From: Minisyncoccota bacterium
Lineage (GTDB): Bacteria; Patescibacteriota; Minisyncoccia; Phycocordibacterales; UBA9973
Reading direction: 5' to 3'
Length of the DNA: 62,319 nucleotides
Assembly (NCBI GenBank): GCA_035510575.1
Contig: DATKGV010000006.1
Location: 1-62,319, forward strand
How positions within the stretch are numbered: position 1 is the stretch's first letter; each line of letters opens with the position of its first letter. Shown piece by piece: positions 25,641 to 34,554 of this stretch. The translations under genes were made by a program, and so were the position numbers. Under the pieces are notes generated by a model that saw nothing but the letters and a program-made list of their open reading frames with translations, was not told the DNA's origin and did not search any database.

Positions 25641-26060
25641 ATGCAAAATATCTTGATTATTTTAATAATTCTTCTGGGAATTATCGGCTTTTTGCTCGCC
25701 TCATATATCTATAACAAGAAAAAAACAAAAAAGAAGCTCATCTGCCCTATGCACTCAAACTGCGAACAGGTCATAAATTCCGATTATTCAAAAATTATCG
25801 GCATTCCTGTCGAAGTTCTGGGGATAATTTATTATCTTTTCACTTTTGTAGCTTATGGCTTGATTCTTATTTTTAATATCCAGTTTGCTGCTTTATTCTT
25901 GTTGCTACTCGGCATCAGCATTTGCTCAGTCGGCTTTTCTGTTTACCTTATATCTGTTCAAATTATTGTCATTAAGCAATGGTGCATCTGGTGCCTGTCA
26001 TCATCTTTTATCTCGCTGCTGATTTTCGCCTTGGCATATTTGCACTTTATTTTGCAGTAA
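25641..26060 (+). CDS. Vitamin K epoxide reductase (VKOR) family protein
   Basis: 4-TM protein with a loop Cys pair (CPMHSNC) and CIWC in the last helix. Confidence 0.7.
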   Translation: MQNILIILIILLGIIGFLLASYIYNKKKTKKKLICPMHSNCEQVINSDYSKIIGIPVEVLGIIYYLFTFVAYGLILIFNIQFAALFLLLLGISICSVGFSVYLISVQIIVIKQWCIWCLSSSFISLLIFALAYLHFILQ

Positions 26061-26143
26061 ATTGCTAAACAGAAAGCTAGATTTATAGGCGATTTTCTGA
26101 TATAACATGGTAATCAATCCTATTTAATTTGGATTGGTATTAT

Positions 26144-26216
26144 GGTGCCTATAGTGTAACGGTTAGCACTAGAGTTTGTGGAACTCTCGGCCTGGGTTCA
26201 AATCCCAGTAGGCACC
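26144..26216 (+). tRNA. tRNA-His (anticodon GTG) with encoded G-1
   Basis: G-1 plus acceptor gtgccta/taggcac with C73, anticodon arm agagt-ttGTGga-actct, T arm ctggg-ttcaaat-cccag. Confidence 0.85.
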
Positions 26217-26539
26217 CACACCTATGTTTTTATAGTCGTAAATCATATAATATACACATGTTTTATTTGTATATCCTAAAAAGTAAAAAAGATAATAATC
26301 TGTACTTTGGTTCAACAAATGATTTACGACGCAGGCTTTTAGATCATAATACTGGCAAAGTTCCATCTACAAAAACTCGCCGTCCTTTTGAAATCAGATA
26401 TTATGAAGCTTATTTTGATGAAGAAACTGCCCGTAAAAGAGAATCTTCCTTAAAAAAGGACGGCAGAGCATTATCTCAACTTAAAATTCGTATCAGAAAA
26501 AGCCTGCAATAAAAATATGGGTGTGGGTGTAGGCACCCA
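26217..26539 (+). mobile_element. Miniature GIY-YIG cassette inserted at the tRNA-His 3' end
   Basis: The 10-nt taggcaccca occurs at 26209-26218 (tRNA 3' end) and again at 26530-26539. Inverted repeats cacccacacctat (26213-26225) and tgggtgtgggtg (26518-26529) bracket the GIY-YIG ORF. Confidence 0.55.
26258..26512 (+). CDS. GIY-YIG nuclease family protein (84 aa)
   Basis: MFYLYILKS...LYFGSTNDLRRRLLDHN...YYEAY...ARKRESSLK. The tracked ORF start 26129 runs through the tRNA and is rejected. Confidence 0.85.
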   Translation: MFYLYILKSKKDNNLYFGSTNDLRRRLLDHNTGKVPSTKTRRPFEIRYYEAYFDEETARKRESSLKKDGRALSQLKIRIRKSLQ

Positions 26540-26579
26540 GCGAATAGACGTCCTCGTATTAACTTGATATACTTTACGT

Positions 26580-27383
26580 ATGGAAGAGATGAAGGGAGCG
26601 AATTATAGAAGAAACATATTGTCGGTTATCTTGCTCGTCGTTGCGGTAGGGGCCTTTGTCTATTTTGCTTTGACTCAAAAACCCAAAGAAATTTACACGT
26701 CTTCATCTAATAATAATCAGCTAGTCATAACTACCGAATCGGCTGGCATTTCTTCAACTAATGATGGCAATATGAGTAAAACAACTATCAATTCAATCAC
26801 CTCAAATTCCGCCGTTTTAAACGGATCTTATGTCAATGGACAGAATTTATCCACTTGGTTTCTATATGGAGTTGATCCGAATTTATTGGTAAATGTCGGC
26901 AAGACCAATCCGGCTCTTCAGTCGAGCAAATCGGATAATTTTTCGGAAACTGTTTCAAATCTTGGATCAAATATGGAATGGTTCTACAGAGCCGTCGGCC
27001 AGAATTCCGGCGGTCCGTTGGTATACGGCCAAATTTTAACTTTTAAGACAAAATCCGACACGACAGGCCAAGCGCCCATAGTAGAGACAAGCATGGAAAA
27101 TAATGACTGGCAATGCGGAAGCAATCTGACGAACGAAAATATTTGTCTTGTTGGCGAGTTTATAGGGAACGGCCTTCCGACGAAAGCATGGTTTGAATAC
27201 GGAACTACGAAATCCCTAGGGAAATCCACCGCGCCGAAAAATGTCGGAACCGGCTATGGTGATTTTAAAGAGCAGGAATACTTCAAGCCAGGCGTCCAAT
27301 ATTATGTAAGAATTGCGGCTAAAAACAGTTCGGGAACGACTCGCGGAGAAATTATTGATTATTCTGTCTTAATATCTAAGTAA
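26580..27383 (+). CDS. Membrane-anchored extracellular protein with two beta-sandwich-like repeats
   Basis: N-terminal TM helix and two similar segments (...NGSYVNGQ...WFLYG / ...GEFIGNGLPTKAWFEYG). Confidence 0.55.
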   Translation: MEEMKGANYRRNILSVILLVVAVGAFVYFALTQKPKEIYTSSSNNNQLVITTESAGISSTNDGNMSKTTINSITSNSAVLNGSYVNGQNLSTWFLYGVDPNLLVNVGKTNPALQSSKSDNFSETVSNLGSNMEWFYRAVGQNSGGPLVYGQILTFKTKSDTTGQAPIVETSMENNDWQCGSNLTNENICLVGEFIGNGLPTKAWFEYGTTKSLGKSTAPKNVGTGYGDFKEQEYFKPGVQYYVRIAAKNSSGTTRGEIIDYSVLISK

Positions 27384-27391
27384 ATAATTTA

Positions 27392-27958
27392 ATGGACATA
27401 CCGACATATATCGTAATCTCCTCGCTTGCTGTTTTTATCGCCATCATTATTTTACTTAAGCTGTCTCGCGCGCCAGAGCTGCGCTGGCTCGGTGTCTTGT
27501 CGTTTTCCGCTTCGGCTATTTGGATTTGCCTGACGCTCTGCGGCGAATTTCTTTATCATTGGACTAAAAATTCAATGTGCTCGAAATATCTGGGTTGCGG
27601 AGAAGGATTTTTCGGCTATGACGCGTTTCAGCATTTGTTTGCCGGAATTGCGATAGCGCTCGCCATTGTCTATCTATGCCGGCGCTTTCCTAAATATTCC
27701 ATTCTGCGTTCAAGATTATGGGAAAATATTTTAATAATTATAGCTTTGGTTGCGCTTATTGCGGTCGTGTGGGAATTTGCCGAGTGTGCCCACGATTTCT
27801 TCAGAGTTTCCGCGCTCCATGAACAATTGGTAAGCTATCGGCTGCATTTTCAATTTAATTATCTCGACCAGCCGACGAATCTTGATACCATGGGCGACTT
27901 GGCTTTCAGCTTGTGCGGTTCCATAGCGGCTTTATTTTTTGCAAAATTAAAAGAATGA
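27392..27958 (+). CDS. Polytopic membrane protein, unknown function
   Basis: 188-aa hydrophobic ORF. Confidence 0.55.
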   Translation: MDIPTYIVISSLAVFIAIIILLKLSRAPELRWLGVLSFSASAIWICLTLCGEFLYHWTKNSMCSKYLGCGEGFFGYDAFQHLFAGIAIALAIVYLCRRFPKYSILRSRLWENILIIIALVALIAVVWEFAECAHDFFRVSALHEQLVSYRLHFQFNYLDQPTNLDTMGDLAFSLCGSIAALFFAKLKE

Positions 27959-27989
27959 GCATAACTCAATAAAAATATTATCAAAATTT

Positions 27990-28583
27990 ATGATTCATAA
28001 CCTTATAATATTTCTTGAAAGTTCAAAATACATACTTCTGTTTTTAGGAGCTTTTTTTGAGGGCCCTGTTTTCATGATTTCCGGCGGATTTCTGTGGCAT
28101 ATCGGGCAATTTAAATTTTTCCCGATGTATATGGCTCTGGTCTTCGGTGATTTTTCTGCCGATGTTATGTGGTATTGGGTCGGATATATAGGCGCTCGTC
28201 CGCTAGTTTTCAAATATGGCAAATATCTGGGCATCACGCCGGAGATAATTGACAAGGTTGAGCAAGAATTTAAAAAATACCACGAAAAAATATTAATTTT
28301 CTCCAAGCTTACCATGGGTTTCGGCTTTGCCCTGGCGATTCTGATATTTTCCGGCATTGCCAAGATATCATTCAAGAAATATGCCGCCATAAATTTAATC
28401 GGAGGATTTGTCTGGGTATCGTTTCTTATAACTGTCGGTTATATTTTTGGCGACGTTTATGGATTAATCCCAGCCTCATTAAAGTATATTTTCATCCTTA
28501 TAATGCTTGTTGCAGTTTTCTTGCTCTTGCGGAAATTAAAGATATATTTAGCTAAAAGGAAAAATGCTATAATACTGAAATGA
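27990..28583 (+). CDS. DedA-family membrane protein
   Basis: FLGAFFEGPV...VFGDFSADVMWYWVGY is typical of the DedA/SNARE-associated family. Confidence 0.7.
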   Translation: MIHNLIIFLESSKYILLFLGAFFEGPVFMISGGFLWHIGQFKFFPMYMALVFGDFSADVMWYWVGYIGARPLVFKYGKYLGITPEIIDKVEQEFKKYHEKILIFSKLTMGFGFALAILIFSGIAKISFKKYAAINLIGGFVWVSFLITVGYIFGDVYGLIPASLKYIFILIMLVAVFLLLRKLKIYLAKRKNAIILK

Positions 28584-29302
28584 TTTCCATAATAATACCG
28601 ACTCTCAATGAAGAAAAAGTTATAGAGAAAACGCTGGCATCTTTGCGCAAGCTCATCAATGTGCCGTATGAAATTATTATATCTGACGGCAAGAGCACGG
28701 ATAAAACCGTGGAGATTGCAAAAAAATATGCCGATCATGTGGTGGAATATAAAGGGCAAAACCGCCAGACAATTGCGCAGGGCAGAAATGACGGCGCAAA
28801 GGCGGCTCGAGGCGATTTTCTGGTATTTTTAGATGCGGATTGCGTTATACCGGATTCAAATGAATTTTTCTCGCAAGCATTAAGGAATTTCAATGAAAAA
28901 AAGGGCATTATCGCGCTGACTGGAAACATCCGAGTTCTCAAGCAATATGAGACATTGGCTGATCGCCTGGTTTTTCTTTACATGAATTCTTTTTTCAGAT
29001 TTGCGAATAATGTCCTTCATAAAGGCCAGGCGCCGGGAGAATTCCAGATGATTCGAAAGTCGGCTTTTGAATCGGTTCATGGTTTCCGCGAAGATCTTGT
29101 AGCTGGGGAAGATGTTGATATGTTTTTACGCTTATCTAAAATCGGGTCCACCTTTTTTGATAAAAATCTTACTGTCTTTCATACCGGCAGGCGGGCTCAT
29201 AAAATCGGCTGGCCGCGCCTTTTATGGATGTGGTTTATGAATTCAATGCACGTTTCAATTTTTAACAAGTCAAAATCAAAAGAATGGACCGCCATACGCT
29301 AG
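28580..29302 (+). CDS. Family 2 glycosyltransferase
   Basis: ISIIIPTLNEE...ISDGKSTD...FLDAD. Confidence 0.8.
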   Translation: MISIIIPTLNEEKVIEKTLASLRKLINVPYEIIISDGKSTDKTVEIAKKYADHVVEYKGQNRQTIAQGRNDGAKAARGDFLVFLDADCVIPDSNEFFSQALRNFNEKKGIIALTGNIRVLKQYETLADRLVFLYMNSFFRFANNVLHKGQAPGEFQMIRKSAFESVHGFREDLVAGEDVDMFLRLSKIGSTFFDKNLTVFHTGRRAHKIGWPRLLWMWFMNSMHVSIFNKSKSKEWTAIR

Positions 29303-29306
29303 CATT

Positions 29307-30014
29307 ATGAAAATATCGCTAATCATACCGGCATACAATGAGGAGAAATATATAAGCGCGTGCCTGGAAAGCGTTGCCAAAAACGGCGCCGGCCTTTTTG
29401 AAATCATGGTGGTTGACAATGGAAGTACGGATGCCACTTTGGATGCGGTGCGTCTATTTCCAAATGTTCGAGTAGTCAAAGAGGCCTCAAAAGGTGTAAC
29501 CAAAGCGCGCGAGCGGGGCTTTATCGAATCAAAAGGGGATATTGTTGCGTTTATTGATGCTGACACAAAACTGCCGGCAGGATGGGTTGATTTGATTTCA
29601 GATATTTTTTCAAAAAATCCCAAAGTGGTCTGTTTAAGCGGACCTTATATATATGAGGATGTGTCTTTGATTGCAAGATTCTCAGTACGGCTATATTATT
29701 TGTTGGCCCGGCCGATATATCATCTCTTGGGATATATGGCTACATCCGGAAATTTGGCCGCGCGAAAATCAGCGCTCATTGAAATCAACGGTTTTGACAC
29801 TAGCATTGATTTCTATGGAGACGACACGAGCATAGCCAAGCAGCTTCATAAAGTCGGAAAAGTTCTCTTTCTTAAAAAATTTTGTGTGCATACTTCGCCT
29901 CGGCGCTTTAATAAAGAAGGCACTCTTCGCACGGGCTATCGTTATTTTATTAATTTCTTTTCCATAGTATTTTTCGGCAAGCCGATATCAAAAAATCATA
30001 CTGATATAAGGTAA
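29307..30014 (+). CDS. Family 2 glycosyltransferase
   Basis: ISLIIPAYNEEKYI...VDNGSTD...FIDAD. Confidence 0.8.
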   Translation: MKISLIIPAYNEEKYISACLESVAKNGAGLFEIMVVDNGSTDATLDAVRLFPNVRVVKEASKGVTKARERGFIESKGDIVAFIDADTKLPAGWVDLISDIFSKNPKVVCLSGPYIYEDVSLIARFSVRLYYLLARPIYHLLGYMATSGNLAARKSALIEINGFDTSIDFYGDDTSIAKQLHKVGKVLFLKKFCVHTSPRRFNKEGTLRTGYRYFINFFSIVFFGKPISKNHTDIR

Positions 30015-30029
30015 TAATATTTATCATTT

Positions 30030-30053
30030 AAAAAGGCCCGTCAGGGCCTTTTT
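30030..30053. terminator. Bidirectional intrinsic terminator between convergent genes
   Basis: aaaaaggccc-gtca-gggccttttt. Confidence 0.75.
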
Positions 30054-30076
30054 AAATGATAGGGAAACTTTAATTT

Positions 30077-30823
30077 TTAGAAACCGAAGATTCTAGAAAA
30101 GAAACTGCCGATGGCTCCAAAAAATCCCTTAGATTCTTTCTTGGCGCTTACCTGGTCAATAATTGATGAAGCTGTCATTGCGGTTCCATTTATTGTACCT
30201 TGAGCTATAACATTATCTCCGACTGTTATGCTTGCGATTGTTCCGGTTGCATTTCCTTTTTGAATTTTGGCATTTGTCGCATCAATAGTGTAAGTGACAT
30301 TGCTCTTATTTGTAATTGTCACTGTTTCACCGCTGACTGCAGTTACATTGCCGGCTATAACCGGCTCTCCATTGCCTTGCACGATCATTTTTGAGTTGGG
30401 CATTGCGCTTCCGGCTCTAGTGCCGATGCCATCGCGGATAGTTTTCGCAACTACCGATGTGCCTGTAACTGAACCTTCCACCATAACTGTATCACCAACG
30501 GCAATACTTGAAACAGACGAGCTGTTATTGTCTTTGGTTACAATGGCATTGCTTGCATCAACAGTATAAACTGTCGGTATTGCTGTGCTATTCGCTTTTG
30601 GGCCAATTTTGCTTGCAACTGTTATGCTTGTTCCATTTACTGCCGAAACAGTTCCAAAAACGCCGGGAATTCTGTTCATCATAATACGGCCCTTGCCGTT
30701 AAATCCGCGGTTGCCCTGGCTTGCAGCACTGCTATTTGTCTGGGCAAAAGCCGATGAGGCCAAAGCCAAACTTGCCACAATGCCTGTTATTAACAATAAT
30801 GAAGAATATTTTTTGTTTATCAT
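30077..30823 (-). CDS. Secreted repeat protein (DUF5666-like repeats)
   Basis: Signal peptide and repeated G.V.AV.G..ITV....YTVDA..A.I...GD.V..EG modules. Confidence 0.6.
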   Translation of the reverse strand: MINKKYSSLLLITGIVASLALASSAFAQTNSSAASQGNRGFNGKGRIMMNRIPGVFGTVSAVNGTSITVASKIGPKANSTAIPTVYTVDASNAIVTKDNNSSSVSSIAVGDTVMVEGSVTGTSVVAKTIRDGIGTRAGSAMPNSKMIVQGNGEPVIAGNVTAVSGETVTITNKSNVTYTIDATNAKIQKGNATGTIASITVGDNVIAQGTINGTAMTASSIIDQVSAKKESKGFFGAIGSFFSRIFGF

Positions 30824-30931
30824 ATTTTATCGCTATTTATAAAGGAATTAGATCGACTTCCAATCCCGCCCTAGTAAATACGTAAAGCATCCCAGCATGG
30901 GTGCAATATGTTATAATTACCGCATAAGTTT

Positions 30932-31582
30932 ATGAAAATCATTAAAATATACGTGCCAAAATACATAATAATATTGCTCGGACTCGCCGTAATGTTGAAT
31001 ATCGGGCGGATTTTCCTATTTGCAAGCGATTATTATGTTTATCTATTATGGAACATAGTTTTAGCGATTCTGCCGTTCATTATAAGTTCAATGCTCCTTT
31101 TGCGCGCCCAAAAAGGCAAATTTAATATTGCTTTCTTTATTATCGGCGGAATTTTATGGCTTCTTCTTATACCGAATGCGCCTTATATCGTAACTGATCT
31201 TATTCACATACATGAACAATCAAGAATGCCAATCCTCTATGATTCTTTCCTTTTGTTTAGTTCGGCTTTAGTTGGTTTGATATTGGGAATGTATTCACTG
31301 TCGCAGATTGATCAAATTATTAGAATGAAATTTAAAAAATTTGCGTCTAGCGCTATTATTGCGGGGATTATTTTATTTACATCATTTGGAGTTTACTTGG
31401 GACGATTTCTTCGTTTTAATAGTTGGGATATTTTTAATAATCCAATGACTTTTATAAATGGCGTTTGGAATATTTTCTCACAGCCGAATAATATTGCTCA
31501 GGCGTCTGTCTACACTCTATTATTTTTCTTTTTTATTTATATGTCATATGGCGCTTGGAAGAATGCTAATATAAAAATCTGA
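30932..31582 (+). CDS. DUF1361-like membrane protein
   Basis: LWNIVLAILPF...IPNAPYIVTDLIHI. Confidence 0.6.
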   Translation: MKIIKIYVPKYIIILLGLAVMLNIGRIFLFASDYYVYLLWNIVLAILPFIISSMLLLRAQKGKFNIAFFIIGGILWLLLIPNAPYIVTDLIHIHEQSRMPILYDSFLLFSSALVGLILGMYSLSQIDQIIRMKFKKFASSAIIAGIILFTSFGVYLGRFLRFNSWDIFNNPMTFINGVWNIFSQPNNIAQASVYTLLFFFFIYMSYGAWKNANIKI

Positions 31583-33360
31583 TGGAAAAAGATTATTCAA
31601 ATCTGCACAGAATGCTTGTGCTTAAATATTTCTGGCAAGTTATCAAACGATTCAAGATTTCTTTTTTTTCAGTTGTTTTCTTCACAATAATCGCTTCGAT
31701 TCTTGATGTCTACATACCTCTTAAATATTTGAATCTCTGGAATGTTTTAAGCGCTAATAACTTTTCATTTATTTATTCTGCCAAATTGATAATCATATTG
31801 ATATTAATTTTAAATCTTGTCCGCTGGATTTTCCGCAGAATTGGCGGTTTTTCCAATGCTTATTTCCAAGCAGAAGTAATGGCCGGACTGCGCGCGCAGG
31901 CGTTCTCTTACATGATAGGGCAGTCACATTCATTTTTTTCCAATAATTTTGGCGGATCATTGACCAGGAAAATAAATAAATACGCCAATGCTTTTGAAAA
32001 AATAACTGATAGAATGGTATCAGATGGCTTGCCTCTAGTTGTCCGCGGTATTGGAACCGTTATTGCTATATATACGTTGCTTCCCAAATATGCTCTAATA
32101 TTGGGAATATTTTGTATTATATTTTTAATTACAGCCTTTTTTATTACTCGATACAAGCTTAAATATGAAATAATTGCCGCCGAGTCCGATACAAAAACCA
32201 CCGGAGCATTATCCGATTCAATAAGCAATCACTCGTCAATCCAATTATTTACGGGACATGAATATGAAAAAGAACGCGTCGGCAATGTTATAGAAGAGCA
32301 AAGGCATTCAGTTTTATTTAACTGGTATTTATGGGAAGTTCTTAATTCTGTTGAAGGTTTATATGCTGTCGCTATTGAATTTATCATTTTCTGGTTTGCG
32401 ATTGGAGATTGGAAACTTGGTCTTATTGGTCTACCTGTTATGGTTTTACTTCAAACTTATCTGATTCGCTTGATGGAAAATCTATGGAATTTTACTGGAA
32501 TTATCCGCGCTTTCTATGAGGCCTTCGCCGATGCGCAAGAAATGGCAATAATTATTGATACCCCAAACACCGTAGCTGATAATTCAACATCGCAGGTTAT
32601 TAAAAATATTAAAGGCAATGTTGTTTTTGATAAAGTAACATACGTATATGAGCAGAATAACAAAAAGATATTTGATAATTTCTCCATTACAATACCGGCT
32701 GGACAGAAGATTGCCATTGTCGGCTCATCCGGCGCGGGAAAATCCACATTTGTCCGGCTCTTGATGAGATTGTTCAATCTGACTTCTGGAAAAATAACAA
32801 TAGACGGCATTGATATAAATTCCATAACTCAAAAAAATCTCCGCGAACAGATATCTTTCGTTCCGCAAGATCCGGTTCTATTCCATCGCACTTTGATGGA
32901 AAATATCCGCTATGGCCGGCGCAATGCGACAGATGAAGAAGTGAAAAATGCAGCCAGCTTGGCTCACTGCGACGAATTTATTGATGAATTGCCAAATAAG
33001 TACGATACATATGTAGGCGAGCGCGGAGTGAAACTCTCAGGCGGAGAGCGCCAGCGAGTGGCTATCGCCCGAGCAATTCTTAAAAATGCTCCAATTCTCG
33101 TGCTTGATGAAGCCACTTCTTCGCTTGATTCCCATTCGGAGTCCCTTATTCAAGACGCCTTGCACTCGCTTATCCAGGGCAGGACTACCATTGTCATAGC
33201 TCACCGACTTTCAACCATTCGTGAAATGGATCGCATTGTTGTCATTTCTCGCGGCAAAATAGCGGAAGACGGGACTCATGACGAATTGATAACAAAGAAA
33301 AATGGCTTGTATAAAAAGCTTTGGGACTTGCAGGCCGGCGGATTTAAAACTAGAATCTAA
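31582..33360 (+). CDS. ABC exporter, fused permease/ATPase (MsbA-like)
   Basis: 6-TM N-terminal half. GSSGAGKST, LSGGERQR, LVLDEATSSLD. Confidence 0.9.
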   Translation: MEKDYSNLHRMLVLKYFWQVIKRFKISFFSVVFFTIIASILDVYIPLKYLNLWNVLSANNFSFIYSAKLIIILILILNLVRWIFRRIGGFSNAYFQAEVMAGLRAQAFSYMIGQSHSFFSNNFGGSLTRKINKYANAFEKITDRMVSDGLPLVVRGIGTVIAIYTLLPKYALILGIFCIIFLITAFFITRYKLKYEIIAAESDTKTTGALSDSISNHSSIQLFTGHEYEKERVGNVIEEQRHSVLFNWYLWEVLNSVEGLYAVAIEFIIFWFAIGDWKLGLIGLPVMVLLQTYLIRLMENLWNFTGIIRAFYEAFADAQEMAIIIDTPNTVADNSTSQVIKNIKGNVVFDKVTYVYEQNNKKIFDNFSITIPAGQKIAIVGSSGAGKSTFVRLLMRLFNLTSGKITIDGIDINSITQKNLREQISFVPQDPVLFHRTLMENIRYGRRNATDEEVKNAASLAHCDEFIDELPNKYDTYVGERGVKLSGGERQRVAIARAILKNAPILVLDEATSSLDSHSESLIQDALHSLIQGRTTIVIAHRLSTIREMDRIVVISRGKIAEDGTHDELITKKNGLYKKLWDLQAGGFKTRI

Positions 33361-33406
33361 CTAGATAGCGCTTTAGGCACTATCTAGTGCCTAAAGCGCT
33401 ATCTAG
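33361..33406. terminator. Perfect 21-bp palindrome (4-nt loop) between convergent genes
   Basis: ctagatagcgctttaggcact-atct-agtgcctaaagcgctatctag. The 3' arm contains the stop codon of the minus-strand gene. Confidence 0.6.
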
Positions 33407-34320
33407 GACTTATTTAATTTTATAGATTTCCATACGAAGTAACTAATTATTAAAAATGTTATAAGCGGAGATATATATGAAGGCGTTTCAAAGCCGAAAG
33501 AGTCGGCGAGCATTATAATGCCAAGGGCAAAAATTGAATACATCGCCCCATTTTTCAAATAAGCATATTTTTTTATGTTATTGATATTGCTCAATGTCAG
33601 CTTGCGCATTATGTAGGCGCCAAGCCCGTTGCCTATGATGATCAGAGGAACAGAAAGCGTGAAGGCGAAAGCTCCAAGCACTCCGTCTACGGAAAACGTG
33701 GCGTCTATTATTTCAAGATAAAGTATTTTTGAAATGTCGCTCATGCCGTTTTGATCGCCTAATAATTTCTGTTCGCTTTTCTCGGCGTTCTCCTTGAATC
33801 CATGCGTAATAAAAAATGCCGTTGAACCGATGACTGCTCCAAAGGCGAGCATCGAGCTTATCTTAAGAGCATACCAGACAATAATCGCAAGTATTACGGA
33901 AACAATGGCAAAAAACCATGCTCCATATTTTTGGAAAAATTTCTCTCCGCGCAAGCCGATATTTTTCTCTTCAAGAAATAGCCAGTGAAAAAATAAGAAA
34001 ATAAGAAACACTCCGCCGCCGATGAGAAGAATAGGGGATGCCAGCGCTATGGCGCTATGAATGCTTGAATTGTTTGAAAATGCGGCAGTCAGAGATCCTA
34101 TTGGACCAAGCGATGGAACTGTCGCCCATATTATTATCCATGGCAGAAATCCTCTGATCACAATAACAGCAAATAAGAAGCCCCAAAGCATGAACCACTT
34201 CTGGCTCTTCGGCTTCATTACGCTTAGAATTTCGGCATTAATAACGGCGTTATCAACGCTTGAAATAATTTCAAAGAGACATAATCCTAAAACCGTAATA
34301 ATCATTGTTCCAATAGCCAT
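33403..34320 (-). CDS. TerC-related / DUF475 integral membrane protein
   Basis: EIISSVDNAVINA motif and ~8 TM segments. Confidence 0.65.
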   Translation of the reverse strand: MAIGTMIITVLGLCLFEIISSVDNAVINAEILSVMKPKSQKWFMLWGFLFAVIVIRGFLPWIIIWATVPSLGPIGSLTAAFSNNSSIHSAIALASPILLIGGGVFLIFLFFHWLFLEEKNIGLRGEKFFQKYGAWFFAIVSVILAIIVWYALKISSMLAFGAVIGSTAFFITHGFKENAEKSEQKLLGDQNGMSDISKILYLEIIDATFSVDGVLGAFAFTLSVPLIIIGNGLGAYIMRKLTLSNINNIKKYAYLKNGAMYSIFALGIIMLADSFGFETPSYISPLITFLIISYFVWKSIKLNKS

Positions 34321-34554
34321 ATATTGTAGTATACATATTTTATTCTGAAATTTCCATGTATTTTAATTCCCCTCTTGAGGGGTGCCTAAAAGGCGGGGTG
34401 GATGGGTGGAGCATTTGATCTTATGTTATAATCAATTTGTGGAAAAAGAAAATAAAATTAGTTGAGATGATAGAAATGAAAAAGGCTCCTTAGGCATTTA
34501 GCCGTTCGGAACCTCTTTCGTCGTAATATTTATATATTAACAAATGTAAGTCAT

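Noticed and set aside
26129-26257. Upstream extension of the GIY-YIG ORF (tracked start 26129)
   Set aside because: The extension reads straight through tRNA-His (26144-26216). The family-typical MFYLYILKS start is at ATG 26258.
34370-34420. A second cobalamin riboswitch suggested by gcctaaaaggcggggtgga, which is similar to gccttaggcggggtgca at 39497
   Set aside because: The diagnostic CUG..CCGCAACGGUAA core and a B12 box are absent, so the similarity is limited to ~15 nt.
34321-34460. Mn2+ (yybP-ykoY) riboswitch upstream of the TerC/DUF475-like gene
   Set aside because: TerC-family genes are often controlled this way. The minus-strand leader lacks the conserved GGGGAGUAG ... UUGACAUA ... 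AGACC elements, and only a short cccctc/gagggg hairpin is present.
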